DNA of 63,714 bases, filler included, from Rhabdomonas costata (GCA_019059605.1; 45 parts of 45 records of this genome joined end to end with filler, not necessarily neighbours in it), one strand, 5' to 3'. Counted from the first letter of the whole stretch, positions 24,499-36,769 are shown. Numbers and translations: made by a program. Notes: generated by a model not told the origin, from the sequence alone.

Positions 24499-24919
24499 AA
24501 AAGATACAAACTCAGAAAAAGGTGACTTTAAAACCGCATTAAAATGAACAATAGGGTCCTTTCGGTGCGGGGGGCGAGTATTATTTGTCGGGCAAGTTGC
24601 AGTCCAAGTTGGGTCACCCCCACACCCCTCGAAAAAACCTCTATCCTTTCCCATGTGAAAATCGGCACTCCAAGTGATACCTGCCAAGAAAATCGCTCAG
24701 ATCGCTCAGCAGACCGACCGTCCCTATATCCAACCTCACAGAATCACTCTCGAACCTCACTTGTGGATGCCCCTCCCCCATGAAACGCCCAGGGAGATAT
24801 AAGCACATACTCCTTCCTCCCGCGGAGAAACCAAATTCGGCCCTTTTCAAAAACCCATCATCCGTGATTATTGGACTTGCTGCCAGTCTCTAGAAACCAC
24901 AAACCACAATTGTCAAACT

Positions 24920-25387
24920 TTGACCACTGCATTTTCGGATAATCTCATTGACGGACCCTCCCTGCTGGCCCTCACCTCGAAGGACCTGAAGGATGAGCTT
25001 CACATCCATTCCCTTGCTCACCGCAAGGCTCTTCTCTCTGCGATCGCGGAGCTCGCTGCCGGCGAGGGCGAGCCGACGCAGCACCGCTCGCGGGAGCTGC
25101 CCCCTATGCCGAGTCCTATCCCGCCGATGCAGTCACTTTCCCTGCCGCACCGCCCGCTGACCGCACCCTCAGAGACTTCTTCGTCCGGAGAGTGGCTTAC
25201 GCACCGAGGCCTATCCAGCTCGGCATCGTTTCCTTCTGGTCTCGGCGCGTCTGCTCACCCACATACTACGCGCGCCAAAACTAATGGAACCCCAATGAAA
25301 GAGAAGGCTAAGCGCTACGACGCAGGCTCATCTGCAGCAGCTGGAACCTTTGAAACGAGACGCTGGTATTTTGGCGCCATAATATAG
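24920..25387 (+). CDS. SAM domain-containing protein exon
   Basis: AFSDNLIDGPSLLALTSKDLKDELHIHSLAHRKALLSAIAEL is the C-terminal two-thirds of a SAM domain. Exon boundaries are uncertain. Confidence 0.8.
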   Translation: MTTAFSDNLIDGPSLLALTSKDLKDELHIHSLAHRKALLSAIAELAAGEGEPTQHRSRELPPMPSPIPPMQSLSLPHRPLTAPSETSSSGEWLTHRGLSSSASFPSGLGASAHPHTTRAKTNGTPMKEKAKRYDAGSSAAAGTFETRRWYFGAII

Positions 25388-26941
25388 CCGGTGCACCGCA
25401 CACACACGCATGACACAACCACNNNNNNNNNNNNNNNNNNNNNNNNNNNNNNNNNNNNNNNNNNNNTTAATTAATTAANNNNNNNNNNNNNNNNNNNNNN
25501 NNNNNNNNNNNNNNNNNNNNNNTGGCTTGTACACGTGTTGCTATGGGGGTAGAGGTGTGAGAAGAATGAGGCGGGCGTGAGGAAGAAATAAAACAGTAGG
25601 GTGCTCGGGAAGAGAGGTGATGGTGCATCAGACTGGAGGGGACGGATGGGGTGAAGAGGTTTCGAGCTTTTCTTTCTCTGATGCATGAGGAAATATGCTG
25701 GGGAGGACGGCGAAAGGCACTGGTTTGGAGAGAACCGCGGAAAAAGCCGTTGGTGAGCCCCCTCCCTCCATGTCCAACAAGTTTGGGGTGTGTTTGTTGC
25801 ACATACACTGTGCACTGCAGCTTGACTTGATATCCTCCCCAAGCAGAAGCAGGGTTTCCCCCCAAAAAAATACTATGCCATTCGGACTCACACGGGGAGG
25901 AATGTTGGAGGAATGAAGGACTCACACGGGAGGGATTGGTATTTGCTGCATTGCCTGCGTGTGTCCGTGGTTGCAGTTCTGCATGCGAAATGAATCGTGC
26001 CATGTGCAGGGCTCACCCCCCACCCACACATGCACACACACCCGGGATTGAATTTAATGGCCCCCAATGTGAGAGGGGGGGGGCTGGGATTGCAGTGTGC
26101 TGAGACCTCCACCATGCCCAATGTGGGGTACAACGACAGTGCCACGTGCGCTATTCATGGCCGCACAAGAAAGCTCGTGCACCTTTCCTTCGACCCTGCC
26201 ACTCAGGTGTGCCCACGCGTTCATCTGTGGGTGGCCAGAACAAGGTTGAGGTGAGAAGTGGAGTTGCGAATGCAGAGATTGACTTGGGGAGGATTCCGAC
26301 AAGCGACCGGAAGAATGTAAATCGGAATGTGCAAGTGGAAGCAGCGGAAACCAACAAATCAGCGCAAAGGTCCCGGGCGAGCGCAGAAAGTTGGTGCTCC
26401 TGAAATTTCTCGAGGACCTCCGCCCATCAGTGGGGTAATCCGCCGTTCCCCAAAAAAGCAAATTGTTCCTTCCGCTTCGAAAGTGACGATTGGTCACAAG
26501 CGGTTGAACCTGTGTCTTGAAGAGCATTTCTGGCGAGCAAGGACCTGGATTCGCACCAGGGAAGTGATATCAAGGGCCACAGCAGACTGCAGGCTGCAGA
26601 CAAGCGGCCAAGAAGCGGGAGAAAGTTCGAAAGCTCTCTGGAAGCATAAAGACCTCCTCCGGAACAATGTTTCATGCACGCCGAATGACCGGGTTGTTGT
26701 GTGGAGGGTGTCTTGGTTGTAAAAGGATGTCACACCAGCGATGGCCTTTAGCCTCGAACTTTTTGCCTTTGGCCTGGAAGGAATGTCGCCGGCGAACGAA
26801 TTTGCTTGCTGTGGCGTTTTCTGCCTTTTCAGTCAATTGTCNNNNNNNNNNNNNNNNNNNNNNNNNNNNNNNNNNNNNNNNNNNNTTAATTAATTAANNN
26901 NNNNNNNNNNNNNNNNNNNNNNNNNNNNNNNNNNNNNNNNN

Positions 26942-28146
26942 CTCGGGGACCAGTTCCCCGTCATGGTCGAGCTCACCTTCCCGGACGCTGGCAGAGACGG
27001 TGACGAAGAGCCCTGAGAAGAGCCGGAGTGTGACACTGAGCGAAAGCGCCTCCCGAGGGTTCTCTTTGTCTCGATCTTTGACTAAGAGCATCTCTGAGAC
27101 ACGCTCAATGAGCCCATCCACTCTTATGTCACCAACAGCGACGTTTTCTGCCCGGACGTTTCATTTTATGCTGGAGTCTTTTGCACCGTGGTCACAAACT
27201 GGTTTTGTTTTGAATGGTGCAGCCTATGAGACTATCATTACTGGAACGGGGTTCGCTCAACTCTCCTTGAACATCAGTCTCTCTGGTGTGCATGTGCACC
27301 CGCCTATTGCTTCGATTTGCTTTGATTTTTTGATGTTCGTTCTTTTCGTCATTTGGTTTGCAGGCCCCGCGATTTTGGTGGTGAATTCATGGAGTCCCAA
27401 GTTTGCTCGCTGCCTGGTTTCCAGTGCTATGCAAGTGACGTGCTCACGAAAAGAGGTGGACGATTTCAAGTGGCAGTCGTTAGCCGTGAATGTTTCGCTC
27501 CAAGTTTGGCAGAACATTTCGAGCACCGTCTCTGACGCCCCAGTAGTGGCTCTGACTTCAATGATGTACGCAAGGAGAAGCACGGACACTGGTTTGCACT
27601 TCGTTTGTGGCTCGTGCCCTTTTATTTCAGGCTCCTTGACATTTGGTCAGGTTCTTAACTTGTTGTGTGGGAAAAGGGTCTCGTTTTGTATCGCACCAGG
27701 GTATGGACGGGGGACAGAAACCCCTAACCCCGCTCTGGTTTGTAGGTTCTATTCTGGTGGGGAACTTCACCTTTGCTTTCTTGTTTTTTCAGTTGTGCAC
27801 GCGCTTGAGTAGAAACGAGAAAGTGACCACCTAAGAAAGGGGGGGGGGTTCAATCTCACCAAATCGCATAAACTGTGAAAATCCCTTTTCTCCGTTTTTC
27901 TGAATGTGTTTTGCTCGCCAGACCTGGTTTTGGTCCGTGAGGGTACTGCCGCAGCCCCCGTGCAGGCCCCGGGGCTGCAGACGGGGGTCACGGTGGAGTT
28001 GGCCCGAGATTCTGGGAACACCTCGCGGTTCCAGGCGTGCTCTCCGCTGCTGTGCTGCTGCGCCAGCACGACGGCGCCGTGGGTTGTGCGGGTGGTGCTG
28101 GACAACCCCACCCCAGGGTGGGGCCTGGGAACGCGGCTGAGGCTCG
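26942..28146 (+). CDS. Mucin-like S/T-rich extracellular protein (several exons)
   Basis: TxSxSxS-rich stretch followed by beta-rich exons with NxS/T sequons. Confidence 0.5.
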
Positions 28147-28409
28147 GTAGCACTCCTCCGGGAAGCCTGCCGCTGGGGGGGCCCTTTCCCTCGCTGTGGT
28201 GGCAGAGTCGAGCTTCTGGGTCTTTCTCCTTTGCCTTTGCCTTTTTTACTACACAAACCCNNNNNNNNNNNNNNNNNNNNNNNNNNNNNNNNNNNNNNNN
28301 NNNNTTAATTAATTAANNNNNNNNNNNNNNNNNNNNNNNNNNNNNNNNNNNNNNNNNNNNCACACACACACACACACGCTCGCGCGCGTGTGGCTTATTT
28401 GTGAAAAAA

Positions 28410-29678
28410 ATGATTTGTGGGGGTAGTGATTTCTCCCTGGCGGTGTCAGATGACGGCCTGTGCACATGGGGAAATAATGAGGACGGCCAGCTTGGCCATG
28501 GTGACGGCGAAAGGGGTGACAATAGCAGTGAAGAAAGCGACGAGGAGGAGGAGGAGGCGACCGAAGATGAGGAAGACGAGGATGAGGACGTGGATGGTGA
28601 AGATGGTCATGGGGGCGAAGGTGGCGAAGAAGAAGAGAAAACCTGCCTGTTCCATCCAAAAGTGGTGGCAAGTCTGCAGGGCAAAAGGATCCTGGTGGTT
28701 AGTGCAACTGCCACTCCATGGCGTTGACCACAGAGGGGTTATATACCTGGGGAAATGGGGACGATGGTCCTTGGCCACGGAGCCACCACTAGCCTGGCAC
28801 GTCCAAAGGTGGTTGCCAGCCTCAGTGGCAAGCAGGTCGGGATGATCAGCGCTGGGTGGTTTCATTCGATGGCCCTGACCGACGAAGGGTTGTTTACGTG
28901 GGGCTCTGATACCGGGTTCTTCCTCGTTCATGTAGACGCCCAGAAGCAGGTCCTTCCAAAGCGCGTGGATGGCCTACAGGGGAAGCAGATTTATCAGATC
29001 AGTGGAGGTAAGTACTACTGTATGGCGTCAACCAAAGATGGCTTGTACACATGGGGATGGGGTGACGATGGTTGCCTTGGCCACGGCAACTTGACAAACC
29101 AGGAGGTGCCCAAGCTGGTGCAGGAGCTGCAGGGAAAGGAGATTATTGGCATCTGTGCCTGTGGTGACCATGCCCTTGCTCTGACCACGGAAGGCCTCTA
29201 TTCTTGGGGGACGGGTAGTTCTGGATCTTTGGGTCATGGAGATTACAAACCTCAGCTCCTGCCGAAAAAGGTGGAGGGCCTGCAGGGCAAAGAAGTGGTT
29301 ATGGTGTGTGGGGGTGAATTTCATTCCATGGCTTTGACGAAAGAGGGCCTCGTGTATTCATGGGGAAAGGGAGACAACGGACGATTAGGTCATGGAGAGA
29401 TGATGGCACCCCTTTGCAGGCCCAAGCTCATTGCCGGGTTGCAATTCAAACGAGTGCTCGCGATTTGCGCTGGCGAGGATCACTCCATGGCCCTGACAGC
29501 AGATGGACTTTTTTTCGTGGGGAAAAGGAGAGGATGGACGCCTGGGTCACGGAGATGCCGCAGACCAAGCTTTGCCGAAGCAAGTGGATTCCTACCGCCC
29601 TTCTTCCGTCAGTGCTCCTTTTCCCTCAGTGCGGATGGGAGAAGACCCGACAAGGGCCCTGCAGGACCTTCGGAGACA
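28410..29678 (+). pseudogene. RCC1/UVR8-like repeat protein, intronless, with 3 frameshifts
   Basis: Repeated hxxGxxHShAL..GLYxWGxGxxGxLGHG..PKxV blades. Frame breaks at ~28705, ~28769 and in the T7 run at 29509-29515. Confidence 0.8.
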
Positions 29679-30503
29679 NNNNNNNNNNNNNNNNNNNNNN
29701 NNNNNNNNNNNNNNNNNNNNNNTTAATTAATTAANNNNNNNNNNNNNNNNNNNNNNNNNNNNNNNNNNNNNNNNNNNNGGGTGGTTTTTTGTTGGCCGTT
29801 TGAGTTTACAGGTGGTAGGTGGTAGGTGGTAGGTTGTGGGTTGTGGGTTGTAGGTTTGGGAAAGGTGGCGATGTTATCTGGAGTTTTATTTCACAGTGGA
29901 TACTGGAAAATTGCACGATTGCAGGAGTATGCCAATATACTCAAACAAACAAGATCCCAGTCCAGTTTGGCCAGAAAATTTGTGATATGTCGCAATTCTT
30001 TCTTTTTCGTCTTGTCCAGGAAAAGGGAGACCAGAGGTTAATAACGTGGGGTCACCTCAAAAAAAAAAGCCTCGCTGACCCGTTGCAGGACGCTTACAAC
30101 CAAACTCTGAGAGCACACACCGGTGCTTCAAGACATGTGACCTCCGACCCCTTCCCAGTTCGCAGGACCCCCACTGCAACAATCCGACCCCGTTGTACAT
30201 ATCATGGCATTCTGAAATAACACGTGCCGTGCCCCTCCCCGTTCGCAAAAGCCCTGTGAGCGTTGCCTTTCGGCTGAGCTGCACTTTCGTGTCCGTGGTT
30301 GTTTCTTTCTTGCCCCTGAGCAAAGCCTAAGTTGTCGGATAAAAACATAAAAAAAAATAATAGCGCAAAGCTGAGCAGACAAAGAGCAATTTTTCCCTCC
30401 GAGACTTGATTATAACCAACCAAGTTTTTTGTTAGAGCCCTGGTATTATATAGTCTAATTCAAGTCGTCATCAAAATGGCTTCGCCAATGGCTTCGCTTT
30501 TCC

Positions 30504-31071
30504 TTAGTCCACAAAATGCAAACCGTTTGCATGCTCCTCTTCCTGAGCCTGAGCGGCCAGGGCATCCTCACGGTCAAGCTCCTTGTCGATCACCGCAAGG
30601 AAGGCGGAGTCAGGTATATTCACGGGAATTTCGGAGTCATACACCCCCTGCAAGGTAACACGCGACGAGTTTTTACTGAGACAAACCAAGGGCGACGCTA
30701 TTGACTTTGCATGCAATCTGAAGCAATTTGAGTAAAACTCTTGTAGGAGGCGAGCACAGCACTTCCACACAAAAGGGCAAAAGAGTAAAAGTTCAGGGCG
30801 CTCCGCGAGTTTCCTGCTATGCACCTTTTTCCAGCCTAGCGCTACACATGCACCCTTTTTCCTGATGTGTCCTGCTGGTATTCAATTTTCCTTTCAAAAA
30901 GTGAATAAACAGAGACTGTAAACAAAGAAAAGAAAAAGTACCGTTCGAAGTCGATTGAGAAGCTCCTTTTCAATGCTCTGATCCAAAAGGGCAATCCTTT
31001 CAGCCTTCACCTCACGCGCGTTGAGCATCTTTTCCTCCTTGGACTTCACAGTCACTAACTTGGACGTGGCC
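30504..31071 (-). CDS. MAK16: MAK16 ribosome biogenesis protein (partial)
   Basis: Exons 31071-30942 and 30647-~30504 splice in phase 0 to REVKAERIALLDQSIEKELLNRLRTGVYDSEIPVNIPDSAF, the conserved Mak16 IEKELLxRL..GxY motif. Confidence 0.88.
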
Positions 31072-31315
31072 CTGAACCATCATTCCAAACTAACACGNNN
31101 NNNNNNNNNNNNNNNNNNNNNNNNNNNNNNNNNNNNNNNNNTTAATTAATTAANNNNNNNNNNNNNNNNNNNNNNNNNNNNNNNNNNNNNNNNNNNNGTG
31201 GGGTGGTGCAGAAGGGAGGTTTCTGTTGTGCAGGCAAGCGTTGCGGGTCGGATGATTAAGCTGAACACCTCTCTCGCGCTCTCTATCTCTCTCATATGGC
31301 TCTCTCATTTGTTAG

Positions 31316-31544
31316 GTACATTGGCAAGCACTGTGAGATCTACTACAAGAGCGCTGTGTCCATCCTTCTGGCCACGCTGGGCGTGGCCGTGGTGGTCTGT
31401 GTGGTGGCCCTCATGGGGCGGGTGTTGTCGCGGTACTGCGCCGCTGGTGCCCCAGACGATGCCGCGGCGGAGACCGAGAGGCTCCGCGTGGTCTCCACCA
31501 CCGCCGCGGCGACCTCCCCAACCACTCCCAGCTACGGAACGTGA
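31316..31544 (+). CDS. Single-pass membrane protein last exon (end of EGF-like module, TM, short tail)
   Basis: YIGKHCE (EGF-type YxGxxC), then a hydrophobic helix, then TGA. Confidence 0.6.
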
Positions 31545-32615
31545 GCGGCCGCACAATGACAGTGACAGTGTGAGTGAGCGAAAATGGCAGAAAGGTGGCA
31601 CCTTTGCTTTCTCGGGGATGAGCCCCCGTTCTATCTATGGGGTGCCGGAACCCCCTCGCCATATGATATTGATGTATTGAGTGGAGGGGTGTGTGTATAC
31701 GTGCGGGCGTCGTATCGATTGTAAATTCTGTGTTAATTCTTTCGGTCGTTGAGATGGCAGAGGTGTATCGAGATGCCCTCCCTCAGAAAGAACCAATCAC
31801 CGCTGCAATTGGGGTTGGTGGTCAGAACTGGATTCGTTTGCTCCGCATTTCCCCTTTTTTGCCATAGATAGTATGGGCTGATATCCGTGGGGTTTGGTTC
31901 CTGGCACTGCACTTTACTGCCAAGATCCTCCGCCTCCTCAGAATGGTTTAGCGGTTCTCCCCGAAGTATTGCCATCTATTGGATGTACCTTTCCCTTCAT
32001 TAAAGGTCATTCCAAGAGATCGGCACCGAATCCGTCCAAAGCGCCGAAAATACAACTTCAAAGCATCCCCCCCCACACACACACCCTCTTGACTTCACTG
32101 CCTCTACCTGCGTTCTGTCTCTTGTCCTATCACCAGTGGCTGTTTTGCTTACTGTTTGTTGTGGTTTATTCACGTGCACACACTGGTTTTCAGCCCCCAC
32201 CTGCTGTATGATTCTCCTGCTTCGGAGCAGGAGATGAGGCAGGGGCTGGGTGAGAGGAACCCTGGGTGAAGGTGAGGGCCAGAGACCAGGGGCAAGGCAG
32301 GGCCCTGTGGTTGTTTAACTTGAGTTTACGATGGACGCCAGCCGGGGGGCAACCCCGTGTGGGTGGAACACCAGCCCGCCCGGCACTCCGCTGGGGCGGG
32401 TGAGTGGCAGTGGCAGGACCCTGCCGCGGTGGAAGCACCTCCTGAACCCCGAGCTGCGGAGTGAGGCCAGCGCCCTCGAGATGGTCTCTGGCTTTGCTTT
32501 TTTTCCCACAACAACNNNNNNNNNNNNNNNNNNNNNNNNNNNNNNNNNNNNNNNNNNNNTTAATTAATTAANNNNNNNNNNNNNNNNNNNNNNNNNNNNN
32601 NNNNNNNNNNNNNNN

Positions 32616-33471
32616 GTGGTGGGTGTGGTTGGTGGTTTTGGTTCAACATGTTGACGGTGAGGTAGTTGGTGCTGAGGTCATGGGAAAGGCCGCTGAGGAC
32701 CTCGTAGTAGACCTCCTGGGAGGCCTGGGTGAGGTAGTTGACATTCATCCGGAAGACAAAGGCGGCCTCAGCCACGGCGCTGACGGTTTGGCCACTTGGC
32801 CTGAGAGGGGATCACAGCAGAGCTTTTCAGACGATAGTGAATTCGCGGTAAGGCAGGGGTAGAATTACAATATCTCCGGCTGTTTATGTCCACGCGGCGG
32901 CGGACGAGCTCCTGGCCACACCCTCGGCCATTGAGTAGGCATGGGTTACGCTAAGCAAATGTTCTCCCAACCCCACCAACCCCACGTGCGCTGCTCTGTT
33001 CACTGTTAGCAGTTCGTCATACTCCACGTCCACGTCCCCTATCCCCTGTTAGCGCAAAGCCCTACTTTGTAGTGTGGCACTCCAAAATTGCGCTCTTGTG
33101 CCCACGTGCAGGAAGTGTCTAACCTGACAAAGTTGCGAGCCAACAGGTTCCTGAGAGTCCGCTTCTTTCTGGAGCTGACACTCATAGGGTTAGGGTATAC
33201 ACACTCAAACGCACGTCGTGGGGTCCAGGCCGGTGAAGCGGTTGAGCTGGGCCATAAACAGCCAGTTGTAGCCCCGCATCATGCTGAACATGGTGCTTCG
33301 GTATGGCAGCAGGGCGCTGAGATTGGTGGAGTTGCCGCTGCCCTGCACCGTGCCGTCGACCATCAGGCGGATTCGGGTGACGTTTGCGGTCTGCTCGGCG
33401 TCCCGCACCATGTCCCCCAGAGCGGTGGTCGCGCTGGACTTCAGCGAGGTCCGAAGCTGGTCAGAAACCAC
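32616..33471 (-). CDS. Receptor-like protein extracellular region; paralog of 7124-8406
   Basis: Exons 33471-33215 and 32800-32616 join in phase 2. The first aligns without gaps to exon 7377-7124 over its first ~47 aa. Confidence 0.6.
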
Positions 33472-34034
33472 CTGCGGCAAAAGTTGACTCCCGGAAAAAC
33501 AAGGCATTGCAAAATACTCCCCGCGAAGCATCCCCAGGTTCCCTCTTCAAAGATCTCACATTCTCTCAGGTTGTCTCAATAAAACTGTCGGAAATGCAAC
33601 ACATGGCATGCAACACAACTAACACACCTACGTAGAAAATATACACGCACAGGTCGAAGCTAGGGGCTTCCGTATCTGGCCCCTAGGAGAATCGAGCCTC
33701 GGAGAAACCCCACCACCACCCACGCGCCCCCCTGCGAGTCCCAGTACTATGCAACACCATACCACTTTATAGTATGCAGTTCGCTATCGCACAGTCGCCC
33801 TATAGGCAGTCTGTAAGGCCACGTAGGTATTCAAGTGGCCCGCGCTCGCGCAGCCCCATACCCGCACCATCGTACAGCCCTCCGGCACTTGTGGGGGTCC
33901 CCCCCCCCACAACTTCCTGCCATGGCATGAAGGNNNNNNNNNNNNNNNNNNNNNNNNNNNNNNNNNNNNNNNNNNNNTTAATTAATTAANNNNNNNNNNN
34001 NNNNNNNNNNNNNNNNNNNNNNNNNNNNNNNNNG

Positions 34035-34374
34035 TTTGGTAATGCTAGGTCTGTGGTCGTTTTGTGCCTGTTTTTGGTTGATTCCTGGGAGAAGTGAGGT
34101 TATTTAACCGGTGCAACAATGTAACCATAGCGCGCTATCTGTTTCCTGGCTGACAGTTGCCAGACAGGCTGTTGCTCACCGCTACTGACTGAGTAGGGCG
34201 TGGCGGCTCACCTTGCGAATATGTGTGTGTATGTGTATGTGCGCCCATAAACTCACAAACCGTTTGTACCAGCAATTGCAATGGTTACATTGTTGCACCG
34301 GTTAAATAACCTCACTTCTTCCAGGAATCAACCAAAAACAGGCACAAAACGACCACAGACCTAGCATTACCAAA
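34035..34374. repeat. 94-bp inverted repeat (1 mismatch) with 152-nt spacer, at contig start
   Basis: 34035-34128 versus the reverse complement of 34281-34374. Confidence 0.95.
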
Positions 34375-36197
34375 TCCGAAACGGGGGTTACTCGTTTCGG
34401 AACACACGGAAGACATGCCGTGGATCACGAGTGGGCCTCAAGAGACCAAAGGAAATGGAAATGGATATGTGAACTCACCTTATCCCCACCAACACCACCG
34501 CCCGCCTCCTCCTCGGGTGGAGGAACGGCGGTCATCGCGTGAACGCCCGAGGACTCAGACATGCAACCACATCAGCCGAAGGTCAGATAAGGAAAAGGAC
34601 CAAGCCAAACGCCTAGTCAATATTGGGCATGGAAACAACCAGAACAGCTGGTGGCAAAGGCGAGAACGAAAGCACCGCATCACGGAGTGCTGTACGCGGA
34701 TGACCCATGCAAATGCCCAAGTCAATTCGTTTTCTGACCCCTATAATTTTCAATTTTGCTGGATTGCTGGATTGCTGCGGAGTTGGCACGAGCAGTACAA
34801 AGACGAGCTCGGCAAGGTCATCCTCCGCCTGTGCCAGGCCCGTGTATGTGTGTGTGCGTGTGTGCGCGCGCACGTTGGGTACTGCTTCTCTCCCCTCCAC
34901 CTCACGTCACCTCACTCATTTTTCTCATCATCGCCCAGCTTCTTCCTTTGCCTTCTGCCATTGAGGAGTGACGTATTTACAGTGAAATTGGGGGGGGGGG
35001 GAAGGTGCATTGCTATTCTTGTTTTTCCAAAAAAGCAACTGGCCACGGAACCCCGGGCACGGTTGAAGCTGATCAAACATCCCCCACAAGAGTCCGGCTG
35101 CGTCGCAAAATACAGCAGTCACAACGCAAAGTGGACGCAAAGCACAGCACAGCACAGCACAGCACGCGAACAGAAGAGCAGGCGTCGTCGAAACGGATCG
35201 AAACGGCGCGTTGGCAAGCAGTGGCACTCGGGCCCTCTCCTCCGCCCTTCCTCTGTACTCGGCCATGCAGGCAAAGCGCCGCCGCCATTGAGAAGGCAAT
35301 AAAACCCATTACTTTGAGTACAGCTGGCACGATAGCAAAAAAAAACAAAACNNNNNNNNNNNNNNNNNNNNNNNNNNNNNNNNNNNNNNNNNNNNTTAAT
35401 TAATTAANNNNNNNNNNNNNNNNNNNNNNNNNNNNNNNNNNNNNNNNNNNNGTGTGGTGTGTTTGGGTGTTGTGGTGAACGTGCTGGACGGATTGGGATT
35501 TAATTGGAGGTCCAAATTCCTGCACCAGTTGTCATACTACCAAGACAGAGCGGCCACGGTGACAGTGAAAGAGGCATTTCCAAGGTGGCAGACACCATGA
35601 CATGTCTTGTGGTGGAGAAAATAGTGATGAAAGGCAATGGAGATGAAGCGCAGCTACACTACCGAGTCCAGACAGAAAGTCAAGCGATCTGGTCTGGGGG
35701 GCGTTAAACTGTACAACGGCGGTTGATAAATAAAAAGGCTTCTGTACCCTTCCGGTTCTTTCACAGCGGTTATTATTGTTGGTGGAAACTCATATCCTGA
35801 GGGGCTTTAGCCAACAAGCGGGATGGTTAGTTATGGGGGTGGAGGTCATTCGGCGCGCTGTCAGAGCCTTCAGAGACAAGTGGCGATGCAAACCGGTGCC
35901 TATGGTTTCCATTAATGTCGTTACACCCCCTCCCCCCCCTCACTAGAACGGGCCCAATCGGCCGAAAATGACATTCTTCCAGGAGGGGAACTTTTTATTT
36001 TTCTGATGCCCAACATCCTATCTGCTGGAGGTGGGGGCATTGGGCATGTGGCCAAGAGAGGTTATTTCACCTTGCAGGGGGTTAGGTGGCGATGTGCTCA
36101 AAAGGTGACACAGATGCAGGGGGACAGCCCCTCCTGGACGAAAGTCATGTTCAACGGATGCAAGGGCCAGGCCCCAGGTCCCGAAATGTAAGCAAAC

Positions 36198-36769
36198 CAG
36201 CATAAGGTATGGTTCTGAAGATGCGTGAATCTCCTGAACTGCCATGCCCAACAGTCATTTAGCAAATACTGGAGAACTGTATCGGTCTGAAACTGTGGTG
36301 AAGTAATGGTATGGCATCCAGAAATCGATCCTTCCCATGGCAGAACATATCCACCACAGATGTGCCAATGAGAGAGGGGTCAAAGAGGCTGCACACAGGT
36401 TGAGGTCACAAACAAGCAACGCAGTGACCCAAGTGCAAGCACAATGCAGCGAAATACCAGAGTGAAGCGGTTCTCCGCTCGGACTTCCTCCTTCGGGGAC
36501 CGGATGTTCACAGGCACGGCGCACCCCAGCACCATCTTGTCCGGGTTCAACCCCTGGTCCTTGAAGTACCTTCGGAAGGCCCCGCCCACCATCCCCACCA
36601 GCACGTCGTTGATGGTGTACCGGCGCTCTGTGAGGCAAAAATAACACCTTCCCTCAATAGAGGCAAAATAAAGCATACCGGCGCCCTGCCGTGAAAGAAT
36701 TTCCTCAGGGATGCGAAAGCCCTTAGCAAATTCCTCGTCTTCGAATCTCACTGGGACGATGGCCGACAC
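36198..36769 (-). CDS. Wax ester synthase/diacylglycerol acyltransferase (WS/DGAT), C-terminal part
   Basis: Exons 36769-36679 and 36627-36458 give YTINDVLVGMVGGAFRRYF..AVPVNIR..ENRFTL (family motifs TxNDV..GAxRRY, PVNxR, NxF). Downstream QEIHASSEPYLML. Confidence 0.85.

Noticed and set aside
34415-35302. 295-aa ORF
   Set aside because: It runs through microsatellites and homopolymers. At most a short exon near 34780-34837 looks coding.
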